Of a stretch of DNA of 64,000 nucleotides, positions 44,401-57,100 are shown in pieces. The stretch lies in assembly GCA_020137815.1 (NCBI GenBank), contig CM035357.1, forward strand, positions 3,782,001-3,846,000, given 5' to 3'. The notes under the pieces were generated by a model that did no database searches, had not been told where the DNA came from, and saw only the letters and a program-made list of their open reading frames with translations. This DNA is from Hormiphora californensis (taxonomy: Eukaryota > Animalia > Ctenophora). The position numbers and the translations under genes were made by a program. The number at the start of each line of letters is the position of its first letter. Position 1 is the stretch's first letter.

Positions 44401-46689
44401 CTAGACCACACATTTTGTTTACAACACTGATCCAAAGATGAAGTTCCTCGTCTCTCTCCTTATCGTGATCGCTACCCTCTCCCTCACCGTGGAAGCTGGG
44501 ACCAACTGTGCAAGACTGAAGGGAGTCTACGCCGACTGCTTAATGAAGGGATACCCGTCCGACCTGGGGTGTGCTTCTACCAAGATGATGATGACTGATA
44601 GAGAGATGAAGGTTGAGTGCAGGAAGACTGAAAGGAAACTGAGGAACAAGTGTGATTACAGCTGTGTTGAGGATGACGTGATGCTGGGCCGACCCAGACA
44701 GATCTAGAAGATATATGATATGATTGAATGAGATGATTAATTAGTTTCTGTGAAAATTGATTTGGTGTGTTTTATTTTGTCAATTAAAAAACATAAGGTA
44801 ATCAAAAAGCAATCTAAAATGAAATGCTAAGTATCACGATCCTTCATTATCCTCTGTTTTGTGATCCCTGTCCTTTCCCTGTCCCTAATCTGTTTTGTTC
44901 CTGTCCTGTTCGCTTTCTACTTTGTTTTGTTCCTGTCCTGTTCGCTTTCTACTCTGTTTTGTTCCTGTCCTGTTCGCTTTCTACTCTGTTTTGTTCCTGT
45001 CCTGTTCGCTTTCTACTCTGTTTTGTTCCTGTCCTGTTCCTTTCTACTCTGTTTTGTTCCTGTCCTGTTCCTTTCCCTCTGTTTTGTTCCTGTCCTGTTC
45101 GCTTTATACTCTGTTTTGTTCCTGTCCTGTTCGCCTTCTACTCTGTTTTGTTCCTGTCCTGTTCGCTTTCTACTCTGTTTTGTTCCTGTCCTGTTCCTTT
45201 CCCTCTGTTTTGTTCCTGTCCTGTTCGCTTTATACTCTGTTTTGTTCCTGTCCTGTTCGCTTTCTACTCTGTTTTGTTCCTGTCCTGTTCGCTTTCTACT
45301 CTGTTTTGTTCCTGTCCTGTTCGCTTTCTACTCTGTTTTGTTCCTGTCCTGTTCGCTTTATACTCTGTTTTGTTCCTGTCCTGTTCGCTTTCTACTCTGT
45401 TTTGTTCCTGTCCTGTTCGCTTTATACTCTGTTTTGTTCCTGTCCTGTTCGCTTTCTACTCTGTTTTGTTCCTGTCCTGTTCGCCTTCTACTCTGTTTTG
45501 TTCCTGTCCTGTTCCTTTCCCTTTGTTTTGTTCCTGTCCTGTTCGCTTTCTACTGATCTTTTTTGTTCCTATCATGTTCGCAGGTTCGCTTTCTATTCTG
45601 TTTTATTTCTATCATGTTGCAACTTGTTCCTGTCCTGTTCCTTTCCCTCTGTTTTATTCCTGCCCTGTTATTCTATACACTCTACTCAGTTACCTCAAAC
45701 AACTCATAAAATCACTTTCTTTTTCCCAGGAAAATATCGGCTGACAAGGTAAAGAAAGGTAGATCGTGCTTCAAAAACTTCCGGGATCCATCCTTGAAAA
45801 ATAGTCAAGCACTCCTTGATATCATCGATGTAATTCAACCTGGGAGTATCGGATATGATCTGGTTTTGCCAAATAACACAGAAGAGGTAAGTGTCAATAT
45901 TCTATCCGATTACATATCTGGTCAAAATGGGCCCATTTACGGCCATAACGCACCCATTCTCAACAATATGGGCCAATTTTCGCTGGTATACACCCATAAC
46001 GCGCCCATTCTCGCTGGTCATCTTAATAGTCAATATTATCAATCTGATTTATCAATTTCTCCAATCATTTCAGAACATGATGGACAATGCACGTTATGCC
46101 CTGACCATGGCGAGGAAGATAGGAGCAATTGTGTTCGCACTACCTGAAGACATTGTGGAGGTAGTTATATCTATTTAACTAATTAATTAATAATAATTAG
46201 TTGACATTGCGGAACTGGTAATTAGCTGTGGAAAACACCTGAGTTTCATTCGACTCGATTGGTTCTCCCGCGATCTATCTTATTAAAAAGATACAAATGC
46301 GTGGCGTGATGGTGATGATGTAGTATCCCACGTGCACATAGAGGGGGGTTGCCAAGGAGGTGCCATAGCCCCTACGCAGCGAGTGATTGAAGGCTGCACG
46401 TGCGGGTTGGTACAGCGGGTGAGAGGGGTGATTGTGGGTGAGGGAGAGCGTGGGGATTCGGGTCAACGGGTGCTCTACTTCAACGGGCTTTCTAGTACTA
46501 CAATAATACCCGATTGATTTCCTTATTGGTTACCAATTAACTTTAATTAAACTAAGATACCTAATTGACCAATTAAGATACTTACCTAATTGACCTCTCT
46601 CTCAGGGTAACCACAAAATGTTGTGCCTCGTGTTCGCTCGGTTGATGAAAGTTGGCCTCACAGAATCCGATAGTCCTGCTCAATGCTGA
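33521..46689 (+). CDS. Plastin/fimbrin-family actin-bundling protein (four CH domains, no EF-hand headpiece), ~558 aa, 14 exons
   Basis: Phase-consistent exons: 33521-33595, 33786-33821, 34325-34467, 34726-34856, 35108-35269, 35490-35668, 38483-38644, 38968-39049, 39202-39290, 39382-39535, 43629-43764, 45730-45886, 46074-46160, 46606-46689. Motifs EKVAFAAWIN, ENQNLVLNS, ILIRWVNFQL, LNMAFVANLFN, EETREEK-FRHWLNS, ENCNYCVELG, NARYALTMARKIGAIVFALPEDIVE. Confidence 0.93.
33904..34001. mobile_element. hAT-like MITE (CAGGAACCGACCG family), perfect 8-bp TSD CTTTATGT
   Basis: TSD at 33896-33903 and 34002-34009. Confidence 0.88.
34141..34268. mobile_element. Small Tc1/mariner(pogo)-like MITE, TA flanks
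   Basis: TA|CGGTCGAACCCCGATTTA...TAAATCGGGGTCCGACTG|TA; related copy at ~57099-57168. Confidence 0.7.
37620..38167. mobile_element. GC-rich hAT-like MITE with 5-bp TSD TCATT
   Basis: TCATT|CAGGGCCCACGACAC...GTGTCGTGGGCCCTG|TCATT. Confidence 0.78.
40031..43453. mobile_element. 3.4 kb TIR element of TTGGCGCCAA repeats with (GA)n core, 8-bp TSD TATGATAT (Merlin-like termini)
   Basis: TIR GGTAGTATGGTAGTTAAGGTCGTGCGCACTTTTTGGCGCC; TSD 40023-40030 and 43454-43461; superfamily inferred from GGTA ends and the 8-bp TSD. Confidence 0.82.
44438..44707 (+). CDS. Single-exon secreted cysteine-rich peptide (89 aa) nested in plastin intron 11
   Basis: Signal peptide MKFLVSLLIVIATLSLTVEA; six Cys (C-x9-C-x10-C-x15-C-x10-C-x3-C); AAAGATGA start context; ATTAAA at ~44783. 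Confidence 0.75.
   Translation: MKFLVSLLIVIATLSLTVEAGTNCARLKGVYADCLMKGYPSDLGCASTKMMMTDREMKVECRKTERKLRNKCDYSCVEDDVMLGRPRQI
44860..45670. repeat. 30-32 bp pyrimidine-rich minisatellite (CTCTGTTTTGTTCCTGTCCTGTTCGCTTTCTA)
   Basis: About 22 tandem units with a few variant types, ending ~60 bp before the plastin exon 12 acceptor. Confidence 0.95.
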
Positions 46690-46951
46690 TGACAACTGGA
46701 ACTTTTGACGAGCCGTCGAAATACCCCTGCTACTCAGATTGCTGCTGACTTTGGGGTCAGATGTACTGCGAACACTCTTTAAGAACATTATTTGAGATAT
46801 CTGATAATGAAAGAGATAGCTGATTTTCAAGGTCGAGGAGTTTAAGTTTTGCTGCCCCTCCCGCTGTAATTGCTGCTTCTATATTTGGTTTTCAGAAAAA
46901 CGAGAGAAGAAAAACGAGCAATATGTGTGGCGTGCTAAACGTTAAGTTATA

Positions 46952-47560
46952 CTGTGTGATTTTAAATGACTGAGACTGCTCTATCTCAAATTGTGTAAAA
47001 ACTAGGGCATCTTTCGACTTCAAATTTTGGGACACGATAAAACATAATTTCTCATTTATTCTCCCAGATTTTCAGAAAGTTTCCGTGTTCCTGAATGAAC
47101 TTATTGCCATAAAACCTCCTCCAACTTTACACAGTCATATCTCTGGAGTCTAATGAGATAGAGAGTTCAGATTTTTAGGAGAGACAGATAAGACGATTTT
47201 GAATGTTTTGTCTGCTTTACGAGTTGATAACTTTTACCGTCTGTTCACAGGAACTGTTTAAAGTGATGTAACACGCTCTAATTAGGCCAAATTTAGGTCA
47301 TTTTACCCCTCAAAGATCACATGTCCAGCTGATTCTAGTGGGCTAATGAGGCCTCTTACACGAATTCGTCACGTGTTACTGCAAGGATACCGCTCTCCTT
47401 TTTCACCTTGACCAAGCAGACATGATCATGGTGTCTGGAAGTGGTAACAAGCTGTAGGATCAGACAGATGCTGCTCTCTACTTCAATCACTCTCTCGTTA
47501 TAAGGTCACGTGACTGGAATTGGGATCTCGACATCAGACATGATCACAATGTCTACAAAG

Positions 47561-47637
<77 letters not shown>

Positions 47638-48232
47638 TGCTTTGTAGACATTGTGATCATGTCTGATGTCGAGATCCCAATTCCAGTCACGTGACCTTAT
47701 AACGAGAGCAGCATCTGTCTGGTATCCTACAGCTTGTTACCACTTCCAGACACCATGATCATGTCTGCTTGGTCAAGGTGAAAAAGGAGAGCGGTATACT
47801 TGCAGTAACACGTGACGAATTCGTGTAAGAGGCCTCATTAGCCCACTAGAATCAGCTGGACATGTGATCTTTGAGGGGTAAAATGACCTAAATTTGGCCT
47901 AATTAGAGCGTGTTACATCACTTTAAACAGTTCCTGTGAACAGACGGTAAAAGTTATCAACTCGTAAAGCAGACAAAACATTCAAAATCGTCTTATCTGT
48001 CTCTCCTAAAAATCTGAACTCTCTATCTCATTAGACTCCAGAGATATGACTGTGTAAAGTTGGAGGAGGTTTTATGGCAATAAGTTCATTCAGGAACACG
48101 GAAACTTTCTGAAAATCTGGGAGAATAAATGAGAAATTATGTTTTATCGTGTCCCAAAATTTGAAGTCGAAAGATGCCCTAGTTTTTACACAATTTGAGA
48201 TAGAGCAGTCTCAGTCATTTAAAATCACACAG
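46952..48232. mobile_element. Foldback element (~600 bp arms) with (CT)n loop, TA flanks
   Basis: TA|CTGTGTGATTTTAAATGACTGAG...CTCAGTCATTTAAAATCACACAG|TA; (CT)n at 47564-47634. Confidence 0.85.
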
Positions 48233-48342
48233 TACATAGTAATCTTTCTTTTAACAAGCAAATAAACTGCTTTTGTTCATGTTTCACACTTTTACAAACG
48301 CTAGGAAATTAGATCTCAAAAGTACATTTCAGATTCCAACCC

Positions 48343-50846
48343 TCAGCACCGTCCATTGTTTTCCGGGATTTCCCTCCACGCACTAGGCGTACAAACCGCC
48401 CAACAGACAACCAGGGATCCCATAGCAACCAAAAACGTTGTTACCATAGCAACCAGGGTAGGCAACTCACTCTCCCTAGATCCAGGTAGGCCCGCCATGT
48501 AGGTCGCTAGGAATCCTGCTGCTGATACCATAACATTAAACAGGCCCGCCCCTCGCTTAGCTAGTCCCCCGCTAGGCAGTCTCCACGCCTTGTAGAGTGC
48601 AAACTGGGCGGGAACGGTCAGGTTTATGTGCGACGAAGTCCCCAGACCCATTAGAATCGCCCCTGGGAGAAATAGAGAAGAGGGAAGGTAGACGGTGGTA
48701 GCCCCGTACAGCATTACACACCCACCATAAAACATCGTAACCAATACCCAAAGCAAGGGGAATATCTGTCGGCCGGTGAGTTTGGAATTCAGAAAAGAAA
48801 CAATGAATGATGACACGAATCCGGCAACAAATATGAGGCTCACTATCAATGCTGCCTTTTCAAGGGTCATGTCACTGTATTGGGTCGCCCTGTATGTTGC
48901 CACATAAACCACCATGACCAGAGCGTAACCGTTACAAAAAGCAACCAGGTCTGGGAGATAGAAAACAATTCTCTGCAGCCAGGTCTGTGGTCGAGGATTA
49001 TCAGTGGTTGTTTGTTCGTCTGCTTGTTCGTCTGGTTGTTCGTCTGAATTTGTGGTAGTTGAGGTTGTTTGCGGAGTAACTCTCGAAATTATCCTCTCTG
49101 AGTCTCGTATAACGGGTAGGAGAGCCATGGGTAGGAGCGCAAACGCAGAGTTGGCGGTTGATGCTAAAGTCCACTTCCCCGCGGTGTAGGTCTGGGGCTC
49201 TTCGACGAAACTTTAAGCACACTTAAAAACGTTGCGTAACTCTCCTTTCACACCTTCTAATTGATTTTCACACCCCTTAAGCATGGTTTGTGTCGACGAA
49301 ACTTTTTAGAAATCTTGCTTAGTGAAAATTGAGGGGTAGTAAGTGAAGTTTTACACAAGCTCTCCAAACCTTGCATAACCCCCTAATCACGTGGTAAAAT
49401 CACGTGATTTGGGCCAAATGGAAGCGACAATGACGTCATAGTTCACGCAATATCTCACTCAAATATCGAGAAAAGTGAGGTTTGTTAAGTCTCCTCCAGA
49501 GGAGACTTAATGGTAGACAAGACAGCGCTGGCAAGTAAAAGATGCTACAAAACAGTGTATATTTTGCTTCTCGCATGTAGAAAAAAGATAAAATGGCACT
49601 CCTTGTCCCCCAGTTAGCTATCTCTACAGCTCAACCACAATATTGAGGCACTAGTTTGTGGTTTCAGCCAAGCCCATACTGCATACACCATCTGTATTAG
49701 ACTCTCACAGTCAGATAAGATGTGGATGAATTCAGTTGTTTTCCTTCTGGCAGGACAAGATGAACAGTGAACTACTACGATACTTTCACTGTTTATCTCT
49801 TCATCTATATCTATTCATCTCACCCGGCCTAAATAATATTGCAAGTTATTAGTGTATAGGTTTATTGATTTTCATAATGAACAATCAATGTTAGATCTCT
49901 ATTTGTCCGCAACAACATTCATTGCCAGCTACTGTAAGAGTACACAGAGTTTTGAAGATTTGAAATTTCTTGAATCTTGAGAAATGGAAGTCAAACTTCT
50001 TCTTCACCCCCAATCTGGTGTGATATCTCGCTAACACTATTGGCTGGTGAACCCTACACGTGACCAAATTGACGCCTGTGTAAACCCATGTAATGGAAAT
50101 CCTATCACGTGTCCAGTTTCGATCCCCTGATTGGTTTTCTACACCCATACACGAGGGGTGATCCGGGGCTTCACGTGGTATACACGTGGTTCACACCAAG
50201 GACCTAAAGTGAGGTTTTGGAAAGCGTTCGACGACACCCCTCTCGAGACAAGTCTGAAAAACTTTCCTTGTGTAACTCTAAAGAGAGCTTATTTATTAAG
50301 TGTGCTTAAAGTTTCGTCGAAGAGCCCCAGGGCTCCTGTTATCGTGCTGACTGTAAAGGAAATGTGGATAGCACTGGTTATAACAGGAGCTACCACGGTT
50401 TTATTGACGATGAACCTGTCCACGACCTCTCCAAACCCCTCCACGAACATCACCCCGAGGAAGAGTCCGGTAAGGGATCTAAAGAGGGCTAGGAGCGTGT
50501 AAACAATGACGTCATTGGTGACGTAGTCAATTGATAACAGACCAATGTTTGAGACACCTGATAGGACAAGGCAGAACCCAGTCCGCACCCATAACGGGAG
50601 TCTTTTCCAAGCTGGCACCATTTGGGCTACATATGGTCCAACCAGCATAGTAATCAAAGCCCCGGAGCCCATTGCCAGACCGATTGTAGTGTTGAGGTTT
50701 CTGTCCTGTAGGAAGGTCAGGTAAAATGGGGCCACAAACATCTGTAGGACCTTGACAGAGAAGACTGACGACCAGGAAAAGAGGAGAATTAGAAACTTCC
50801 TGGTTTTGGAGAAGTCTGTAATTGTCAGTTCGTTGTCTGACGACAT
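48343..50846 (-). CDS. Otherwise intronless MFS transporter (possibly SLC18B1-like) interrupted by a TIR element
   Basis: 50846-50328 (MSSDNEL...FVAPFY...ITGAL) continues in frame at 49191 (TYTAGKWTLASTANSAFALLPMALL...) to the stop at 48343; about 12 hydrophobic segments with a polar central loop. Subfamily is a guess. Confidence 0.72.
49195..50327. mobile_element. Harbinger-like non-autonomous element flanked by CTG/CAG
   Basis: TIR GGGCTCTTCGACGAAACTTTAAGCACACTTAA; relatives at ~19105-19998 and a TIR fragment at 58204. Confidence 0.8.
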
Positions 50847-51882
50847 ATTCTTTTTTCCTAATATGGGTTGGAGTTTATTAGTTTTGGGGGATATAAAGCA
50901 TCGAACTATGTGAGATATTGTTATCAGCACTGCATAGCAGCACTTCAACACAGTGTTTCAATTGAAGGCCGTTAAAATTTGTTGAGTAAGGGGTAGAGAA
51001 GCTCTTTCACCCCATACTCAACAAGTTAAAATGCTATAGAGGGTGGTACCAAGTGGTACCAAGTGGGCAATATATCGGGCAGGTTCCCTGGCGCTATCAT
51101 GCATATATTGCATGTGTTGCAAAACACACATACTCAATATTTCCAAGAACTCTCGTTCCACTACTGCAACCTTGCAGGTAGACAATCTCTATAGTGCTGC
51201 AGCTCACAGTTGGTAGGCTTCATGCAGCACTGCCATATCCTACTACTACTACTACTACTACTGCAAACTACTCAACTCCAACACAGTAAAGTTGAGATCA
51301 GGAACCGACCGAATCAGGAAATACTGGTCTCTGATTGCGCGATTGGCTGATAACCAGTCACGTGACCTAAATAACGAGCTCTGATTGGTTGTTTACTAAC
51401 AGCTGCAGCTATCTCATATTGATTAATATGTGCATTGGCCTGACATCTCATATATATGAGCTGTCAGGCCTGAGGCTCCGACCGTTCCTTATTTGAAGCT
51501 GAAGGTAATAAGAATGTAGGGTCAGGCTGACAGGCTAAGGCAGCGGATTACGGGGGCCCCGAATAGATCGCCCGAAATCTGAATAGATCGCCCGAATATA
51601 TGGTAAATATGCATGGGTACATACCAGCGTGTGTGTATTCTTCCTGTACATTGAATCTCAATTGTTACCAAGACATGGTATATTTGTAACACAAGAAGTA
51701 AGAAGAAGACACATGCAGAACCACACAGCGGGGCTAATAACTGCTAATAACTGCTTCCTAGATGTATGTAGGTATGTGCCAGTACTGGAGTTGTTTTAAC
51801 AATTTCAGGGTCTCAGTCTCACTATATCATATGGTAGAGGAGGAAGAGTGGAATTATGTAATTGTGTTACAGCACACTCATT

Positions 51883-52060
51883 GGGGGAAAACATGACAGT
51901 CGTGCCTGAACCTCAGGTCCAGTGCACGGCTATTTTCCACTGAGACCTGAGATCTTAGGTTTAGCCGTTACCGGAACCTGAAGAGATCTCATATGTCAGC
52001 AGGTATCAGTAGAAAACAGCACTGGCCTGAACCTGAGGTTCAGGCACGACTGTTCCCCCC
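51883..52060. mobile_element. GGGGGAAAACAGTCGTG MITE family (also ~52554, 55231-55283, ~63487-63586)
   Basis: Shared TIR GGGGGAAAACAGTCGTGCCYGAACCTCAGG. Confidence 0.7.
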
Positions 52061-52998
52061 CCCCCCCTATTAGTTCCATGATCAATAACGTGAAAATATT
52101 TCGATCAGAATCTTAAATATGTGATTTGAGCTGTGCATGTGATCTAGCAATTTTGAGGTGATCAGACCGTACTTCCGCATTTGGAAGCCATGGGTTTGAG
52201 TGAGGCCTCCACTTCTACAAAATAAAACGGATCCTTTTATAACTAAAATCAAAGAAATGAGCTTCACAGCGCGGTCTCTAGATGGCTCTAGTAGACTTTA
52301 GTAGAAGTTATCATCACAGCTGGCTGTGGTACTTAGCACATGTCTACTAACTTCAGCACATGGTCCACTCTCTACTATCACATGGTTAGTATAAAATATA
52401 GTCAGCTTAAACTTCGCCAAACTGTCAAAATATTACCGTCAAAATGGCTTCATGAACTTTCACATAAATGACGTTTTACAATCGCATTCATGAATGAATA
52501 TTCATACTCATTTCTCAAAGGACCACTTAGAAAACATAACCTCCTCTTGTGCAGGGGGAAAACAGTCGTGCTTGAACCTCAGGTTCTGACTACGGCTATT
52601 TTCAACTGAGACCTGAGATTTCAGGTTTCAGTGACGGCTATTCCCTGAGATTTAAGGGAATAGCCGTCACATAAAGTCTTTATAAACTCGGTAATAAATA
52701 AATAAAATGTTTTTTCGTTCAATACACACGGGGCCAATAGTTCCACGAGTCCCAAGTTTCTCAAACGCGGTATGATAATTGAACAACGCTTTCATGTCAC
52801 AATTCAATTCGCATCATCAGAATCATTCTGCAGAATCGTGTCTAGAGAATGAACACTTCCTGGATCCGGGCTCTATTATAACCGGGGTGAACACATTGAG
52901 ATTTGAGACGACACTGCTCATGGTATCTCTCTCGCTTTGTCTATACATCCTTGCTGGATTCTCATCCCTAGCAACTATATCCTAGATCTGAATATATA

Positions 52999-54164
52999 TT
53001 ACTCAGACCCAATGACAGTATCACGTGTTCTGCTCCACTGTTCAACGAGGCGATCAGGCTGGCATTCAGTGAGGCTGGTGGCACAGAAATCAAAGACCAG
53101 GTTGTCACAATATCGAATCCCGCAGGGCTGATAGAGACCGTGTTTGTAACAGAGTTCCGTGCCACAGGGAATTCCACTTCCGGTCTCGTGATGGCATCTG
53201 TAAAATTATATGGGGGTTAGAATTTCTACACACATGTTGATCTATAATCAATAAACCCGGGTTTATATGTAGCGGGTGATCTATAACAAAAACGGAAATT
53301 GTGGAATCGATTAACTCTCCAATAATTGAAAGATTGATTCCTGAAAGATATTGGCTCCTATACTAGTCTAAACTACTATTATAACTGACCTGCATGCCCT
53401 CTTGTTGATTTGCCTCCGTAAATCTTCATTCTCCTGTAGATGATAATCAGTGTGGTGGTTGTAAAAGTCTCGTAACGTGCTACATTTTGCAGGGCACTTT
53501 GCCGTACTTTTCTTTCTCCTTCTACCGTTCTTCTTGCCCTGTCGACGAGAGCCAGAGTTCTTTCCTCGGCGCTTCCCTGATCTACCTCGGTTGTTCGATC
53601 GAGGATTCAGATCCTTTTCTGTATGTGTGGAATTAGTTGGTTAATGGCTGGAATTATGTGTTTTAGCAATTTAGAATCACGCACTCTATCAAAATTCGAC
53701 GTTCACATATTGTAGCTGAAACATGGTTGTGGGATCGGAGTATGGAATGCATTAAAAATCAGAAAAATCAGCTGATGAAAGCACTTTATTTGTTAAAACT
53801 CATGACGTAATTTTAACGTCACTACGCCATTTTAATGGATTTTCAGAGCTTCGTCATTTAAATCGTAAGCATTTCACGATTCTAGGAATAATCACGAATA
53901 AATGGAAAAAAAAATTGGAAATTTTAAAATATTTAAAAAAATATTTCGGCGGTTTGTGAAACAAAATATGATTTTAAGATGATACTAGTTAATTAATTGG
54001 TTAATTAATTAATTACCACTTAGCTCCAGCAGAAGTCTATCCCATTGCTGTAGGGTGGTGACGATTCTTTTTCTTCCGCAAACCTGCCCCAAAAACGGAT
54101 CCAAATCCTGGAGTTCTACCCAATCATGTATTCTAATAGAGTCATCAGGGGTCGTCAAGTGAAC
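52999..54164 (-). CDS. 3' exons of an unknown gene with a polybasic segment and Cys-rich C-terminus; 5' end unresolved
   Basis: Exons 54164-54017, 53618-53390 and 53197-52999 join with canonical GT-AG and matching phases into ~190 open codons ending at TAA. Confidence 0.65.
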
Positions 54165-57100
54165 CTGCAATAGAAATAAGGGGGAGTTAGGAAGTGTGTA
54201 ACCGTATAATTATAGGAAGGGGGTTTCCGTTTATAATGTAATACGATTTTAAAACATAGAGAGTTTAAAATCAATACAATTATGCAATTATGTAATTATT
54301 GGGTAACGAGTTGAGCACTCTCGGTGGGAGGCGTCTTCTACGTGTACAATTATATAGTTGTATTGATTTTGAACTGAAATGAATTTCAACCTTACCCAAT
54401 GCGGTTGGAAGATAACTCTTTTTGAATACTTAAACCACGAGAATCGATTGATTTTTGCGTAACGTGACGATTAAAATCGATAGGTATGCGGTTAAATTTG
54501 AGATTGGAGAAATGGTTATCACGTCTATCGCGATCACAATATCTTTCGACTTGGTGTTCAGGGAAATGAGATGAGCATGATATTGTGGTAGTAAGGTGGT
54601 GAATTATAAATGAGTCCTCCAGCTGTGTAGCAGCGTCACCCCACGAAGGGATCCACTCTACTACCACAATTGGTAGCCAGGGATCATCTAAATCTTAAGT
54701 CAAGTCTTTAATCTTTCATTTGTGAGTCTCCAACTCTAAGCTTTTGTATGGCGGCGCCAGACCCCGATCTGACAGTGTGCTCAGATGGGGTCTATGCAGC
54801 GCCAGACAGCTCTAAATCTACTTCATTTTACTTACATTATTATCATTGTAAGCTTCAAAGTAGCAGAATTTGTTTCCTTGAGTTCGTGACGTTACAAATA
54901 GGGCTCCCTGTGGAAATAGTTGGAAAGTTAATTAACTGATATTTAATATAGAGCACCCTGCAGTGAGGTAAATAGTTGGGAAGTTAATCAAATGGTAAAA
55001 CTGTGAGGTTAAGAACGGACCAAGCTCTACTCAACAAGCTCTAGCACCACCACTACATTAGAATCTATCCGATAGATTACTTGTCATTAATGAATGAAAA
55101 CCACATTTTTCACATTTTTACTCTTCTACTGCTGCTAGGTTAATACTTGTTGAGCAAGTTAATACAGTAGATTGCGGAAATATAGGCTTTAAAACATAAA
55201 TTTGAGTCACTCTGCATAGGAATAATTTAAGGGGGAAAACAGTCGTGCCCGAACCTCAGGTTCAGGCACGACTGTTTTCCCCCAAAGTCTCTCTGCTTCC
55301 AACAATCCATAGTCCAATTTCTGATAGTACTAGATCTAGTCTAGCTAGACTTCCAATTCAATGATGTCACTAGTGATATAGTGATGCAGATGTTCTTTTT
55401 AGTGGAATTGTATACCCGCGGACGAGAGGTAGGGTATGGTAGGGGTAATACCCCAGGTATGGATGGCCCTCGTGCATAAATATTTTGTTTTCCGGTCAGG
55501 GATTCCATGAAACAATGGAACTTATGTTGCGTCCAAAATACAGTTGTATTATTTCATTGTAAATGTCTTGTTATGTATACAGATCTTCAATTGATTTAAG
55601 AAGGAACCCAAACTTGCGGGACGTATAATTGCATAAGAGCTTATTGTGTTAGGACACAGCAGGTGTGTTATAATATAGGGCACAATATGGCTACAGCACC
55701 TCATCAAGTTCAACTAAACAAAATATTGTTTTGTTCAAACCCATCCCTTGAGAAAATAGGGTAGAGCTATAGGCGAACAAAACATACCACACACGTGTAA
55801 AGGCTTGTTAAGTTGAATTAGCGTTCCATAGCATGAATTTGTTGTTAGACCCAATGTGAACAATGAACACTTAAATCTAATATATTTGTAATATTTTCGA
55901 TTTCACTGATTTCAGTCGAAGAATCGTGATCCCTGATCTTGCGAAACTATAAATCAAGGTGTTAGCAATATATAACACCAGACACCTTTTTGAAATATAT
56001 GAGTATCAAACTATTGCTCCTTTTTACTGATCTAGAGCCCAATTATTGTATACCCTACCAAAATATCGTAGTGAATCCTCATTTTACCGGACTCCTCGGC
56101 CGGGGAAGGATAACTACACACGTTAAATCGAGGTCCACCGTCCGGTAAAGATCATTGAGGGTTGACTGAACATGTCCATGTTTCCCAATGATCGCAATCC
56201 ATATCAGTAAAAATGAGAATGCAGTGATGCAGTAGCTTTACAAAACTTTTCTAAACCTAGCGTCTTTTGTTTTAGCCTGCATATAACTATTCAACATGTG
56301 CTAGCCCCCAGCCCTTAGAATCATTCATGTTCTGCTGTCTAGTTATAGTCTACTGCACCTGTTCAGCTCCATGCACACCATGAAATGAGCCGTCATTCAT
56401 AAAGACGGCTCATTTCATGCTGTCTTTTTGGGTGGTCTAGCTCATTTCATGATGTGTATTTGAAAGGACCAGCTCATTTATATTTATGCGTCCTCTCAGA
56501 TCGCTGATCAAAGCAGAGAACTCATTTGCGTGCACAGCTTTGGTCGATTTTCTAAAGCCCGGCCGACGAGGTGGACTGTAAGCTTTCAATCTGTGTTTTG
56601 GTGCAAATCCTATCAGCTACCCAAACAAATGTTTTGCTGGTCGATATAAACACAAATTTTAGTGTCATACTAATTCATATATTGCTTATAATTTATGTAT
56701 TTTATGCAACTTTAACATCCAGGGAGTGGTCAACGTGTGGGAAATTACTACTCTAGATCACTATACGTAGTCGTGGAATATTTCAGGAAATAGCAGTACC
56801 GTTGAGGGTGCAGCAGTAGCGCTGCGTTAACAATTCCAATCGGTCAACCATGGCAACGCGACACCCAATGCCTCTCCAGGTAGAATCCAGAGGTAGAATC
56901 TCTCCTAGGAGATGCCCCTGGAGCATTTTATATATTCTTGCAAATCATTATGTGCATTTTAATGTATGATCTAGGAAGTTGAGATCCATGTTTATTAGAA
57001 ATAGACAAGGTAATCTCTAACTACTTGCTTTGTGTTATAGCTAGACGCTCGCCCCACGATGACCCCCACCTTCAATATTGATTGCTCACTTACTAGTACA

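Noticed and set aside
44824-45752. Cys/hydrophobic ORFs in all three frames
   Set aside because: A-poor minisatellite that cannot form stops; the same peptide cycles through the frames.
53040-53180. Insulin B-chain-like CG...CG pattern
   Set aside because: Spacing is wrong (13 residues between Cys versus 11) and there is no CC-x3-C-x8-C A chain.
54392-54688. Open segment as the exon preceding 54164
   Set aside because: Its donor is phase 2 while the next exon is open only in phase 0; the junction gives an immediate stop.
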